This document shows positions 23,001 to 35,800 of a stretch of DNA of 64,000 nt, in pieces. The notes below the pieces were generated by a model, which worked only from the letters and a program-made list of their open reading frames with translations, ran no database searches and was not told where the DNA came from. A program made the translations under genes and the position numbers. This DNA is from Bugula neritina (taxonomy: Eukaryota > Animalia > Bryozoa): assembly GCA_964035545.1 (NCBI GenBank), contig OZ037769.1:10384633-10448632 (forward strand), read 5' to 3'. The stretch's first letter is position 1, and every line of letters begins with the position of its first letter.

Positions 23001-24650
23001 AGAGGTTAACCCGAAGGGCAGCACCTTCCACTTCCACAACCCGTCCCGTGTGATAAACGCCGCTTTCTCCTGGGCGTCGGGACTCAGAGGGACTTGCCAA
23101 TAGCCACTCAGCAAGTCTAGCATACTGAAGTACTTGCTGCCGGCTAGGGCGTCCAATGACTCGTCGATACGAGGTAGAGGGTAGGCGTCCTGTATGGTTA
23201 CGTTATTGAGTTTGCGGTAATCCACACAGAACCGCCAACTGCCGTCTTTCTTCCGGATCAGTACGACTGGTGAGCTCCACGCACTATGGGCGGGCTCTAT
23301 GAGGCCGCGGTCCAGAAGATCCCGTATTTGTCGGCTAACCTCCTTCTCTTTTTCCGGCCCCAGCCTGCGTGTGGGTTGCCGGACAGGGACTGTCCCTGCA
23401 GTCAGCGGTATTTCGTGTCTGACCACTTCCGTCAGCCCCACGTCATGATCTCCGCTGCTGAACACATCACCGTAGTCGCGTAGCAACTTCGCCATCGCTT
23501 GGCGTTCCTTGTTGCTCGCGCAGCCGCCACAGGCTGTTTCATATAACTCCCGAAGATGTGTTGGGACTGCCCCTCGCCCCTGAGTAGGGTGTCGAGGGGG
23601 TGTCTCCGTCGCGTCACCCAGCGATGGGCCCACGTCCTCTTCCTGGACGGAGTGGAACCGGCCCAGCATTGACCCAGCTGGGAGCTCAATGGGCTCGGTA
23701 AAGGGGTTGACACACTGCACTAAGACCTCCCCTCGCTCAGTTAGTCGGTTTAAACTACTAGCGAGTTGGATCCTTTCGTGCGCGCCTTCAACGACCCCGA
23801 GCCTGGCTATCCGGTTGCTGTTCACTCGGCAGTGGATAGTAGCTCTGGAGCGTCCGGGCACGGTGCAGTTTCGGACTACCTGAACACCGCCCACCAGAGA
23901 ACGCCCAAACTTATCCACACAGGCGAGTTCTCACCCGCCCATCAGCACCACCGACTTGCTGAAGTCTATTCGGCACTGGTGTTGCTTCAAGAAGGGCATT
24001 CCGAGGATAGCATCTTCCTCCAGTTGGCTTATGACAAAAGTCTCTTGTACAGCCTGGTCTCGGACACGCCCAGGGAGCTCGATAATACCGTAGAAAGGAA
24101 TACATGACCCGTCTGCCAGGGTGCCATGTTCCCCCGTATACGGTCGTACTCTATCCCTGTCCCGGCCCGGCAGTGCCTCAAAGACTCTACGACTGAGAAG
24201 GTTGGTAGTACAACCGGAGTCGAGCAGGAAAGTGACGGCGTTGCCGGCCACCTTTCCGGGTAGGAAATAGCTCTCTCCATGTGGTTGTACTTTCACCCCC
24301 CCCCCCGCATGTGCTGTCCTAGATTGGTAGGACGGCGGGGGTTTCACCCGTGGTTTACGGGAATTCCGGCGGCGAGGTTGGTGCCGGCGGCGTTTGGGGC
24401 TCTCCACTGGGCCTTCCGGCTCCATTTCAGTGGAGGGCTCCTCTTCCCGAGGTAACCGGTGGAACCGGTTGGCGAGTGGCAGGGAGAAGGTACTTGGCCG
24501 TTGTGCGGGCCTGCTAGTCCTGCGGGGTACCTGCCACTCGGGGGGAGTGTTCCGTCGTGTCCGTACGGACAGATGACGGCGTGTCCCACCAGACTCCTTC
24601 AGTTGCGGCCCGCGGGGAGGGAGAGCGTCCGCGGGCCGTGACAGTTTAAC
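20022..24650 (-). pseudogene. Gypsy-B Pol (PR, RT, RNase H, integrase) with two in-frame TGA stops (23931-23933, 21810-21812)
   Basis: FLLDSGC, WRFCVDYRKLN, YLDD, DTDASD, RTDH, DLVGP/HSDQG/VERNN. The three ORFs 23931-24425, 21810-23918 and 20022-21701 share one frame, which is open back to the gag slippery site. Confidence 0.93.
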
Positions 24651-25465
24651 GCCCCCTGGTATTGGGGTCGTCCTTTCTGTCTATGGTCCTGACCAGCACT
24701 ACTCCAGCCCTGTCCCACAAGTGTTGGGGGCACCCGCAGGACCTGACTTGGGCCAGCGCCGGCCAGAATTGTTACCAGTTGTCCCAGCATCTCTACCATA
24801 CGGTTCACTTCGGCTTCCAGCGGGGGGGCTTCGGGGCCTGTCGTAGCCCTGGCAGCACTGACTCTAACTACTGGTGGGTTCCGTTGTGCTCGATGCATTT
24901 GGGTAGCCAACGGGTAAGCTTCTCCAGCCTTCAGGGCATCCTCTATTCTGGTTATCCCTTTAGCTCGAAGTTGATGGTGTAGGCCCAGGTTGTTTAGTGA
25001 CTGGACAAAGGCGTCGTATGTGTAACGCTCTTGGTGTGGCGCTGGTAGGTCACTATACGCAATCTGTGCCAGCTTCTTCACCGTCGCGGCATGTTCTTGC
25101 AGCGAGGTCCGCGGGGTGCGGCACAATCTCTGTAGCTTGGTCTTAGCGTCTATTTCGGAGATGCCAAAACGGGCCCGCAGCGCAGCCAGTATCCCGTTTA
25201 CGTCCGTTCCCACTCCGTACGGCTTGGCTTGCTCCGTCAACGCTCTCCGCAATTGGATAAGGGCCACTCTGTGCGGCCATTGAGCAATCTCCGTTACTTC
25301 TCTAAATTCTTGTATAAACTGTTCGACATCTTCTGACCCAGTAAAGGTGGGAGCTTTCAAGCAATATCGATAAGCTTCTTCTCCCTCACGATTCACAGGG
25401 TTAACATCATTTCTACGCTCACCTTCTACTGGGGGTGGTTGCATTCTAGCATTTTCAGTCTCCAT
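24599..25465 (-). CDS. Gypsy-B Gag
   Basis: 288-aa ORF directly after the PBS; retrotransposon gag-like PTFTG..VEQFI..W..LRARFG; no zinc knuckle. Confidence 0.85.
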   Translation of the reverse strand: METENARMQPPPVEGERRNDVNPVNREGEEAYRYCLKAPTFTGSEDVEQFIQEFREVTEIAQWPHRVALIQLRRALTEQAKPYGVGTDVNGILAALRARFGISEIDAKTKLQRLCRTPRTSLQEHAATVKKLAQIAYSDLPAPHQERYTYDAFVQSLNNLGLHHQLRAKGITRIEDALKAGEAYPLATQMHRAQRNPPVVRVSAARATTGPEAPPLEAEVNRMVEMLGQLVTILAGAGPSQVLRVPPTLVGQGWSSAGQDHRQKGRPQYQGALNCHGPRTLSLPAGRN

Positions 25466-25479
25466 CTTTGATGTACACT

Positions 25480-25497
25480 ATCCCACCGCTGCCACCA
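25480..25497 (-). promoter_or_regulatory. Gypsy-B primer-binding site (tRNA-Leu)
   Basis: TGGTGGCAGCGGTGGGAT is complementary to the conserved metazoan tRNA-Leu(AAG/TAG-type) 3' end ATCCCACCGCTGCCA-CCA. Confidence 0.85.
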
Positions 25498-25498
25498 C

Positions 25499-25803
25499 TG
25501 TTATGATTTTCAGATTTAGGGTCGATGTGCAACCAAGAGAGTCATTTATTATTAGAGGAACTTCACCGAGATAAGTCGAGTAGATATCGTTATATTTGAA
25601 TACAAGAATACATAATAAAATCTAATATACAACAGTTAATAATACGCACGTCTATTTAATTTACAGCACTATCCTCAACTGAGCTAGTAGCGCGAAGCTG
25701 CTACTATTACTCATAAGCAGCTTAGCTAATTGGCTAGTACATCGTTCCGGGTCAATACGCAACCTTGCGTATTGTGTTGCTGGTAGCTCTACGAGCCACC
25801 ACA
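25499..25803 (-). repeat. Gypsy-B 5' LTR
   Basis: Direct repeat of 18347-18651, adjacent to the PBS. Confidence 0.96.
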
Positions 25804-25916
25804 ATATTGTCAGTTCTTTTTAGATATGTGTTCGTAGTGATCAGTTGTGATTTCCAAATAAAGATATTTTAGTGAACTTTAAGTATAATACTATTACAGA
25901 TTTTTTTTAATTCTAA

Positions 25917-26356
25917 AGTTGCGTTTATACCTCTGCTGAAAAAAAGTACCAAGTTTTAGTTAATAATGCTTGTTCGGGTACCCCTTTATAGTCAAACTGA
26001 AACTCGTTAAAATCATATTGATGCGGTTGCTCACTTTCTGAAATTGAAATTTCACTCGCATAATAGCTATTTGATGCCCTTTGTAAACGTCGTGAATTAG
26101 TGAAGCGGACAGCATAAAACCGATAATTGAGAAGGCGTGGGCTATATAATTTTAACCGTATAAGTACGTTGTCTAATCGCCAAAGTAATAACTAAATAAC
26201 GATGTTTACAAGGAGTTATTACTCCTATTCTAAAATTGGCCGATTAAGTTATCGCAGTACAAAGTTTTTACGAGTGGCTTTTACAATACAATGCAACTCG
26301 GTGAAATTTCAACCCGGCCAAATTGAAATTCTGACCGAAAATTGTGAAGGTATAAA
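25917..26356. mobile_element. MITE copy 1 (family shared with 58529-58983, inverted orientation; right TIR truncated)
   Basis: The whole segment aligns by eye to the reverse complement of 58529-58983; it begins TAA|AGTTGCGTTTATACCT. Confidence 0.8.
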
Positions 26357-26521
26357 GTCTCTTGGAACTTGTATGCCTCATAATATAATACAAGTGCTTA
26401 GGTAAGAGGTACTGGAAGGTATACTTCCCACAGCCATTACTTTATAACACCCTAGTTGGAGTTGCACCCACAACGTGGTAGCATCAACATTTTAATTAGT
26501 GATATTTTAGAAAACAACAAT

Positions 26522-29500
26522 TGAAACATTAAGTATAGTGAGTATATAATTACCTGAGAGTTACTCGAAGTATGTAGGCATGACATTGAAGTGTCGAAAA
26601 AACAATAAAGTGGGGTCTGGCCGGCCAGGGGAAATACAAGGACCAAAAGTATAGTACTGATTTATAATTATTTTATCACAAAGTCTATCGGCATGTTTCT
26701 CTACTGTAGGCTGACATCTTCATCTCGTAGTCTCTCGTTCGTCGGTGACCCAATATGTATTTTAATAAACAAATGCACATGACATTATAACGTAGCCTCT
26801 CGCTAGTCCGTAATTAGTGATAAACAAAAGACACATAATAATATAACATCTCCTTTCTTAAGCAGGTGACTTCCTTCTATAACATTGTGATTAAGGTTGC
26901 TGAGATTAATAATATGATACGAGTATACATGATTAATATGGATTGGGGATTAACAATGAAACTAAATAACTATGTACAGGGTGGGAAACGGCTAATAGCT
27001 TATCCCATGTGGAAGTCCTTGTATTTAGCGGGGAGGACTCCACGGTTGCTTCTGGGTTGACGCTCTGGTGGTGGTGCCGCGTTCCTGAGAGGTGTTGCAG
27101 GCAGGGCAGGCATGTGGGGGGATTCATTAGGAGCATCCCCAACATCAGAATCAGCAGCATCAGCGACACCAAGGGTCTGTGTGTTATCTGGTTTGAGGTG
27201 AACACGATTCCTACGCACTATAGACTGACCGTTGTCAACCAAGTAGGATCTGGGGGAGTCATGCTGCTCGACAATCATTCCTGGCGACCATTCTTTGTCA
27301 GTGCTTGACCTGATTAGTGCAGGAGTCCCAGGTTCCAGATCAGCCAACGGCCGTGCATGGCGGTCATGGTACTTCTTCTGCAAGTTTTGGTTGGCTATTA
27401 GTTGTTGGCTAGCCTCAATAACAACTGGTTTAAGCGACTCGGCAGTGATTGGCAAATCACTTCTTAGGGCTCTGTTGAACAGAAGCTCAGCTGGACTGAA
27501 AGCACAGCCAGTGATAGGAGATTGCCTGTATCTGAGTAGTGACCTGTATATATCCTCTCTTTCATCCTCACATTTTTTTAGAAAAGCTTTCATCGTTTGC
27601 ACATAACGCTCAGCCATTTCATTGGGCTTAGGGTAGTGCGGACTAGATGTTACAATAGTGAAGCACCAGCTTGATGCAAAAGTTTGCATGACTCTACTGC
27701 TGAAAGGCATGTTGTCCGCCAGAATGGACACTGGTACCCCGTGTACAGCAAATATGGATTTCAATGCCAAAACCACGTCTTCAGCAGTCTTTCTTCTGAG
27801 TAATCTCAGCTCGGGGAAGTGAGAGTAACAGTCCACAACTACCAACTAATCATTATTCTTATAGGACAGTATATCCATAGCCAATTTATTCCATGGTAGA
27901 CTTGGCAGCTCATGAGACATTAACGGCTCTTTCTGTTGACGGTTGGAAAACTTAGCGCAGGTGAGGCAACTTGACACTTCATTCCGTATATCAGCAGATA
28001 GCCCAGGCCAATAAAATGATTTCCTCGCAAGCTCTCTGCATTTCTCAACGCCCAGGTGGCCCATGTGTAGCGACTTTAGAATGTACTTCCTCTGTGACTT
28101 CGGAACTATAAGCCGCTCTTCAACGTAAAGAAATCCATCCACATCATAGATGTCAGATCTAACATTCCAGTAGGGTTGAATTTTTGTGGGGGCCTGACTC
28201 CGTCTACTCCATGACCAACCATCTTGCAGTGCTTTTTTCAGACTGTCCATTGTCGGGTCTTCAGCATATGACTGTCTCATCTCATTCATGGTGCTATCAT
28301 CGGTTTCTAAGGCATGAACCATTACAACTTCACCTTCGAGATCACACTGATCATTTGTAACGCGCTGAAGGTAGGCTCGGGATAGTGTGTCAGCAATATA
28401 TAAATACTTGCCCGGAACATATGTGAACTCAGCTATCCGGTATCTTTGTAGTCGCAGAAGTAGTCTTTGCAGCCTTGGGGATGCCTTGTGCAACGACTTG
28501 TTCATTATCGGGACGAGAGGTTTATGATCCGTCTGTATGTGAACAGCACGTCCATAGAGGTAGCTGTAAAAGCGCTCACAGCCAAACACAACTGCTAGCA
28601 GCTCCTTATCTATTTGGGGATAGTTGCACTCAGTCTCAGTTAAGCTGCGTGAAGCATATGCAACAGGTTTACCTTCCTGTAGTAACACTGCACCAAGTCC
28701 CGACTTTGAAGCGTCAACTTGTAAATGCGCATCCTTGGTAACATCAAAATACTGCAAGACAGGTTCGGATGTAAGCAAGCGTTTAATTACCTGGAAGCTT
28801 TCCATTTGTTCTTTGGACCACACCCACTGACTATCACTCTTCAGTAGCACTCTCAAGGGCTCAGTACAGGCTGACATGTTGGGTATGTAGGCTCTTAGAA
28901 AATTGAGAGTACCAATCAGTCTTTGTACTCCCTCTCGGTCTGTTGGGTCAGGCATGGCCTCAATAGCAGCTATCTTGTCTGGGTCAGGACGCAGACCATC
29001 TTTCGATACTATATGGCCTAAATAGCGCACCTCCGTCTGATTCAACTGAATCTTCTTGCGATTAAACTTCACATTAGCCTCTTTGGCCTTTACCAATAGC
29101 TTTCTCAGATTGGCATCATGTTCCTGTTGTGTCTTTCCAGCTACAATGATGTCATCAAAATACACTGAGACACCAGGCAAGTCTCCAAATATTTGCTCCA
29201 CCTTCTTCTCAAAGACTTCAGCACTTGAGTGAAGACCAAATGGAAGTCTATCAAAACAGTAGCGACCATATGGGGTGTTGAACGTTGTGAGCAGACTACT
29301 CTCTTTGGTCAAGGCTACATGCCAGTATCCATGTTTCATGTCCATGATGGTGTAGTATTGCATACCATTGAATCTGAAGGCAATGTCTTCTAATGTGGGT
29401 ATCTTGTGATGTTCTCGTCTCACTGCTCTGTTCAGGTCCTTGGGGTCTAGGCATATACGAACCGACCCATCTTTCTTTTCAACGCATACCATACTACTCA

Positions 29501-31349
29501 CCCAGTTGGTTGGTACGTCAACCTTAGATATGATTTCAGATGCCTCCATATCATCCAGCTCCTTTTTCACTTTGTCTAACATACTGAGTGGGACACGTCT
29601 TGGATGATGAACCACAGGCTTCAAATTCTCGTCAACACATATGTCGTGCTCTCCATCAAGTCTGCCAACTCCTTCAAACACCTCAGGGAACTCCTGAAGT
29701 ATCGAGCTTGACAACTGATCGACTCTGCGGATCAGACCAAAAGATTCAGCAGCCTCGAGGCCAAGTATGGGAGGAAGGTCCTCATCAACCACCTTGAAGT
29801 GGACACTCTGGCTATGCTCTTTGTGGTTCACAGTGAGTTGAACTGCACCCACATTCTTGATCTTGGTCTTATTATAGCCGTAAAGGCATACAGAAGTGGG
29901 CTTTAGAGTAGCACCAAGTGACTGAACGGTTCTTAGGTTGATGCAATTTGTTTCAGCTCCAGTATCAATCTTAAACTGAATATCATTGGCCTTTCCTTTG
30001 TCACTGACCTTCATCGGAAGAATCCAAGATTTCAATTTAGATTCATTAGAAAGAGCACCAACAGCACCTATGAACAAGCTATTCATTTGTTTCTCTGCAA
30101 GAGCTTTGCCTTTGCAGACTTTCTCAAAGTGATTTTTCTTCCCGCAGTTATGACATGTCTCGCCATAAGCAGGACATCTACCTTTGGCATGTGTATATCC
30201 ACAAAATTTGCAATCTATGTTGTCCTTACGTGTGTTACTTCTGGTTTTATTTTGCGTAGCGCCAGACTGACTCTGCACAGTGCTGACTGCAGCATCATTT
30301 ATCTCATTGACTGTCTTCATAGTAGTATCACCGGCAGCCATCCTTGACATCTGCTGTTTGGTAATCTCAGCAGCACGGATGTCATCTAAGGCATTCTCAA
30401 GTTTAACGTTTTTGTCACGGAGTAGCCGCTCCTTCAGCTTTCCATCAGTGAGTCCAAACACAATTCTGCAGAGAAGCATTCGGTCTCGCAATTCGCCAAA
30501 ATCACATTTTGTAGCTTGAGTTTTTAGACGTTTCACAAAGGTGTCAATGGGCTCTCCATCACTCTGACTGAGAGACCAAAAAACAAACCATTCATACAAC
30601 ATGTTACGCCGGGGATTGCAATAGGCTTCAAACTGCTCCAAAACATCAGCCATAACATCCTTGCTTTTACCTGCGGGAAAGTCAAATTGACCATAAATCT
30701 CAGTAGCTTCCTCACCAGCCTGGTTCAGAAGTATAGCAACCTGACGTCTATTAATACCCGCATTCTCAGGAGGAGGCTCTTGGCCACTCTCTTGAGGCTT
30801 CAAAACCAAATCACTTGCAAGCAAATAATTTTCCAAGGCCCTTCTCCACTTCCTCCAATTGTCTGACACATTACCTTCAAATGATAATTTTCCAGGGGCC
30901 TTCAAACCTTCCATGACAGCTCCAAGGCAGACCAACACAGTCCACAACAACAAACAACTAAAAGCTAAACAATCACCACTCCAGTGGCAAAGTAGGGTGC
31001 GAGTACGATCTAGCTGCCACCATGAAACATTAAGTATAGTGAGTATATAATTACCTGAGAGTTACTCGAAGTATGTAGGCATGACATTGAAGTATCGAAA
31101 GAACAATAAAGTAGGGTCTGGCCGGCCAGGGGAAATACAAGGACCAAAAGTATAGTACTGATTTATAATTATTTTATCACAAAGTCTATCGGCATGTTTC
31201 TCTACTGTAGGCTGACATCATCATCTCGTAGTCTCTCGTTCGTCGGTGACCCAATATGTATTTTAATAAACAAATGCACATGACATTATAACGTAGCCTC
31301 TCGCTAGTCCATAATTAGTGATAAACAAAAGACACATAATAATATAACA
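26522..31349 (-). mobile_element. Gypsy-C: full-length Ty3/Gypsy (Mag-like, single gag-pol ORF) element
   Basis: 327-bp LTRs at 26522-26848 and 31023-31349 (~5 mismatches); TSD ACAAT; PBS TGGTGGCAGC (31013-31022, tRNA-Leu-like); PPT TTAAGAAAGGAGA. Confidence 0.96.
27000..30914 (-). pseudogene. Gypsy-C Gag-Pol polyprotein with an in-frame TAG at 27846-27848
   Basis: NWRKWRR gag start, CKFC..H..C and CHNC..H..C knuckles, IDTGA, YFDD, VDAS, TDH, HMGH..CLTC zinc motif. ORF 27000-27845 (integrase core) is in the same frame after NND*LVVVD. Confidence 0.93.
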
Positions 31350-32817
31350 ACAATTTTAAAAAGAATCCATTAAGTATGATGAGCATGAAAGCTATGAACA
31401 TGTTATAATATTCTTTTCAGTGTCGAAGGGTTTTCTAGTATAAAGGAGTTGTCTCCATTTATCAGCGCCACCAAGGTCATACTACCTAACCGTAACTGTA
31501 TGAGTCGTTGGAGATTGTAAGAGGCCATGACAACTTTCAATTTTATGGTAATAATGCTAAAATATCACATGTATCACTGAAGCTGCCCAAATGAAGTCTT
31601 CATTAGTTGATTGCTGGAGGAGTGGTGTGTTTGGAAGAAGAGTGGTCAGTGCTGTAGCCTGTAACCTTCATTGCTGTAATCCACTCTCACCAGGCTCTGT
31701 TATAGACTGAGCACCCTGCGCTGCTACTCAGGTGGGGCTTGTGACGGCTCTGCCCTCGTGGTGTAGTGTTTGTTAGTTTTTCTGTCACCAGATCGTGAGC
31801 TCTCATTGGACAGGAAATGTCGCTGAGGTCATCTCTAGAACGTTTTCTTGAAACGTCTACAGATTTATATATAATTTATATATAAATGTAGACGTAGAGT
31901 TTAATGTCATGATGGTTGTGACTGTTTCTGGTATAATATATGTAGAGTTTGTGGCTACTGTCCACTTTACTCATTTATTTAAAAACACTACTAGGCCAAG
32001 AAAGGTTGTGTTTATCTTTATGTGATCTATAAGATCTGAAAAGAACTGGTCTATACACAGCATCTTGTACAAATATATAACATACCTCATCATATAATAG
32101 TAAACCTAACGCACCACTCTGTACCAGCATATAACAAACATTTTTTTCTATTACCAGATACATAGAGAATCTAGAACAAGCTTGTATGATTGCTGCTGCT
32201 ACAAGACACGGAAATTGTAGCATTGCTGCTGTCACACCACACACATGACCTGAGAAATGGTTGTCGGCATTGTAAAATTCCTGCATTGCAAACACACAAT
32301 GGAACAGTTATAAGGGATACATGGGAGCAGAACAAGAGGTTCGAATAAATAAGGAACCATTTATTATCATAACATTCTAAGAGTATGAATTTGAAATAAC
32401 AATTGCATTCTAAAATGCTGATTAGTATTGATTGATTGATATTTTTTATTAAGAGAAGCTTTGCTGCTTGGGTGATGCAGCATCCGCCCGTTACACTAAA
32501 TATACTCCGAGGCTATTGGCTAGATATGAGTTTTTTAACGAGCAATAAGGCTATAAGGCACAGTAAGCTAGTATATACCAGCTGTTATTAGGAAAAATAT
32601 ATAAAATTGTTAGGCTCTATGTACAGTATTAAATATGAAAGATACTTTATTACCCGACCATCAAAGTTTTGTTCTGTTATTAGTTAAGGTATTGTAAAAA
32701 TATAATGTCTGGTTAGTGTGGGTTTCCTCCCAGATATACCGCAGTGTTGGTTGTTTCCATATTGGTTGCTGGGTGACTTCCAGAGACTTCCCATTAGACA
32801 GGGACATGTGATATAGA

Positions 32818-35800
32818 TTACACAGCAGCTTCTTCAGTTGCAGTAGCCATCATTTGCTCTTTAACTTCAGCATCCTTGGAGGGTGGTGCCACATGAGTCT
32901 CGCCAGTTGCTTTGTACCCCAGGCTAATCCAGTGGTGTAACTAAAACAGTTTGTGAGTATATGAAAGGTTTCTTCATATACTACTCCAATTACACATACT
33001 TTATATTACTATAAGTATACATACTCTATATTACTATAAGTATACATACTCTATATTACTATAATGTATACATACTGTATATTACTATAAGTATACATAC
33101 TCTATATTACTATAATGTATACATACTGTATATTACTATAAGTATACATACTCTATATTACTATAAGTATACATACTTTATATTACTATAAGTATACATA
33201 ATATTCTATATTACTATAAGTATACATACTTTATATTACTATAAGTATACATACTTTATACTACTATAAGTATACATACTCTATATTACTATAAGTATAC
33301 ATACTTTATATTACTATAAGTATACATACTCTATATTACTATAAGTGTACATACTCTATATTACTATAAGTATACATACTTTATATTACTATAAGTATAC
33401 ATACTCTATACTACTATAAGTATACATACTCTATATTACTATAAGTATACATACTCTATATTACTATAAGTATACATACTCTATATTACTATAAGTATAC
33501 ATGCTCTATATTACTATAAGTATACATACTCTATATTACTATAAGTATACATACTCTATATTACTATAAGTATACATACTCTATATTACTATAAGTATAC
33601 ATACTCTATATTACTATAAGTATACATACTCTATACTACTATAAGTATACATACTCTATATTACTATAAGTATACATACTCTATATTACTATAAGTATAC
33701 ATACTCTATATTACTATAAGTATACATACTCTATATTACTATAAGTATACATACTCTATATTACTATAAGTATACATACTCTATATTACTATAAGTATAC
33801 ATACTCTATATTACTATAAGTATAAATACTCTATATTACTATAAGTATACATAGTCTATATTACTCCAATTTATCTACTTAATTAGGTTGATTTCTGCCC
33901 AATAAAGTAAGTTTCATCACTTTCACTATAGCAGTTTTGATAGAAACAATAGAAACTTTTTGGAAAACCAATTGAGCACTACATCTTCACTCTGTGTAAA
34001 AATAAACTTACAGTAACACTGTTGTTGGGTAGTCAACAATAACCAATAGAGAGCATCTTTCTCTCTCACCTGATATCTGCTGGGCTCTAAGCCCCTGATA
34101 ATACTCTCATGCTCATGTTCAGGGGAGATGACTACTGCCAATCTCTGCTTCCAGCTGGATATGTGACGGAACTTTACAAACACGGCGTATATAGCGTATC
34201 CCGGCACCCACAGAAACGCACCAACAACAAACATCCAGCCGAGAATATTTCCCCATTGAGGGTATACTACTGTTCGCTGGGAAAGAGTAACTTCAAGCGA
34301 GGAATACGTCACACCACTAGCAATTACTATAGCCTAAAACAGCAAACTTCAGTTTTATGTGTATAATAATTATATTATACCGATAAATGATCAGTATAAA
34401 ACAATGGTAGCATGTGATAAATTTTCCCCCATAGTCTTTATCAATAACATTTGACTGGTGATAAATAAATGATATCAGATGATGTACTATTCACTCATTT
34501 GTTCAAAGCTTCATCAATAAATAAATTGGGAGGAGCTTCAGGATAAAGTGCAGACAACTCTCCTGACAGCTGATGATGTCTATCAAACGTATCAACATTT
34601 ATTTATATGCGAGTTGAAGAAAATGATACAGAGACACTGTGGTAGTACAGGGATATTGTGGTAGTACAGAGATACTGTGGTAGTACAGAGATACTGTGGT
34701 GGTACAGAGATACTGTGGTGGTACAGAGATACTGTGGTGGTACAGAGATACTGTGGTGGTACAGAGACACTGTGGTGGTACAGAGACACTGTGGTGGTAC
34801 AGAGATGCTGTGGTGGTACAGAGATACTGTGGTGGTACAGAGATACTGTGGTGGTACAGAGACACTGTGGTGGTACAGAGATACTGTGGTAGTACAGAGA
34901 TACTGTGGTGGTACAGAGACACTGTGGTGGTACAGAGACACCGTGGTGGTACAGAGATTCTGTGGTGGTACAGAGATACTGTCATAGTACAGAGACACTG
35001 TGGTGGTAGAGAGACACTGTGGTGGTAGAGAGATACTGTGGTGGTACAGAGATACTGTGGTGGTAAAGAAACACTTGAAATTAGGATTAAGGCAATACTG
35101 ATGCAACCAAAAGTAAAGCTACCCAGAAATTTCTCAGTTATACCTTATCTTAGCTTCAAATAAGAAAAAGCTTGTATAAAGTAATGGATATAAGTGAAAG
35201 ATGTAAAATATAAAATATTCATAGATTTTGGCAAGAAAAAATATATATAAATTCTGTAATAAGCTTTCAACTAACCAGAATAAATATTGGACTAATAAAT
35301 TTCCAGCAAATTCTCCAATAGATACCAGGAGAGAATCCCAACATTAATTTGGCATCTTGTACAAACGCCTCTAAACCTAAAATTGATACATTATTCATGC
35401 AAGCATATGGTAGAAATGCATAAACTAATTCAAGAATGCAAACTACACATCTATGTTCTCGAACTCTATTACTAGAAGGAAAGATACCGTTTTCTTAACA
35501 AACATCCATCCTCAGACCATGGCTTAGATTCACATTAATTGAGTTTATAACTGGTAAAGGAAATATGCACACCTTGAGTGGTATGACGAGAATCATAAAT
35601 ATAATAATAATAATAATAAGTATGTAAGTCTCTCATGTATACTAATTTTAGACCACCATATTTAACAGTTGCACTAACATTAACTTGAAAATATCGACAT
35701 CATTAACCATTTACAATTTTCAAAAATTCATAACAAATTAAGTTATGATCGAGTACAAACCATAAAACCATCCAATGGCTATTGCTTCAAAGAATACAAC

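Larger units (their letters stand above)
18347..25803 (-). mobile_element. Gypsy-B: full-length Ty3/Gypsy element nested in the Gypsy-A 3' LTR
   Basis: 305-bp LTRs at 18347-18651 and 25499-25803 (one visible mismatch); TSD ATAT; PBS 25480-25497; PPT CTGCTGGAGGGGGCAG next to 18651; gag, pol and an extra ORF. Confidence 0.97.
14250..25898 (+). mobile_element. Gypsy-A: full-length Ty3/Gypsy LTR retrotransposon (3' LTR interrupted by Gypsy-B)
   Basis: 5' LTR 14250-14442 (TGTAAT..ATTACA); 3' LTR 18244-18346 + 25804-25898; TSD GATTT on both sides; polypurine tract (PPT) AGATCAGGGGGAAA before 18244; gag and pol in PR-RT-RH-INT order. Confidence 0.96.

Noticed and set aside
19480-30519. Numerous antisense and alternate-frame ORFs inside the Gypsy elements
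   Set aside because: Shadow ORFs of GC-rich gag/pol coding sequence with no motifs.
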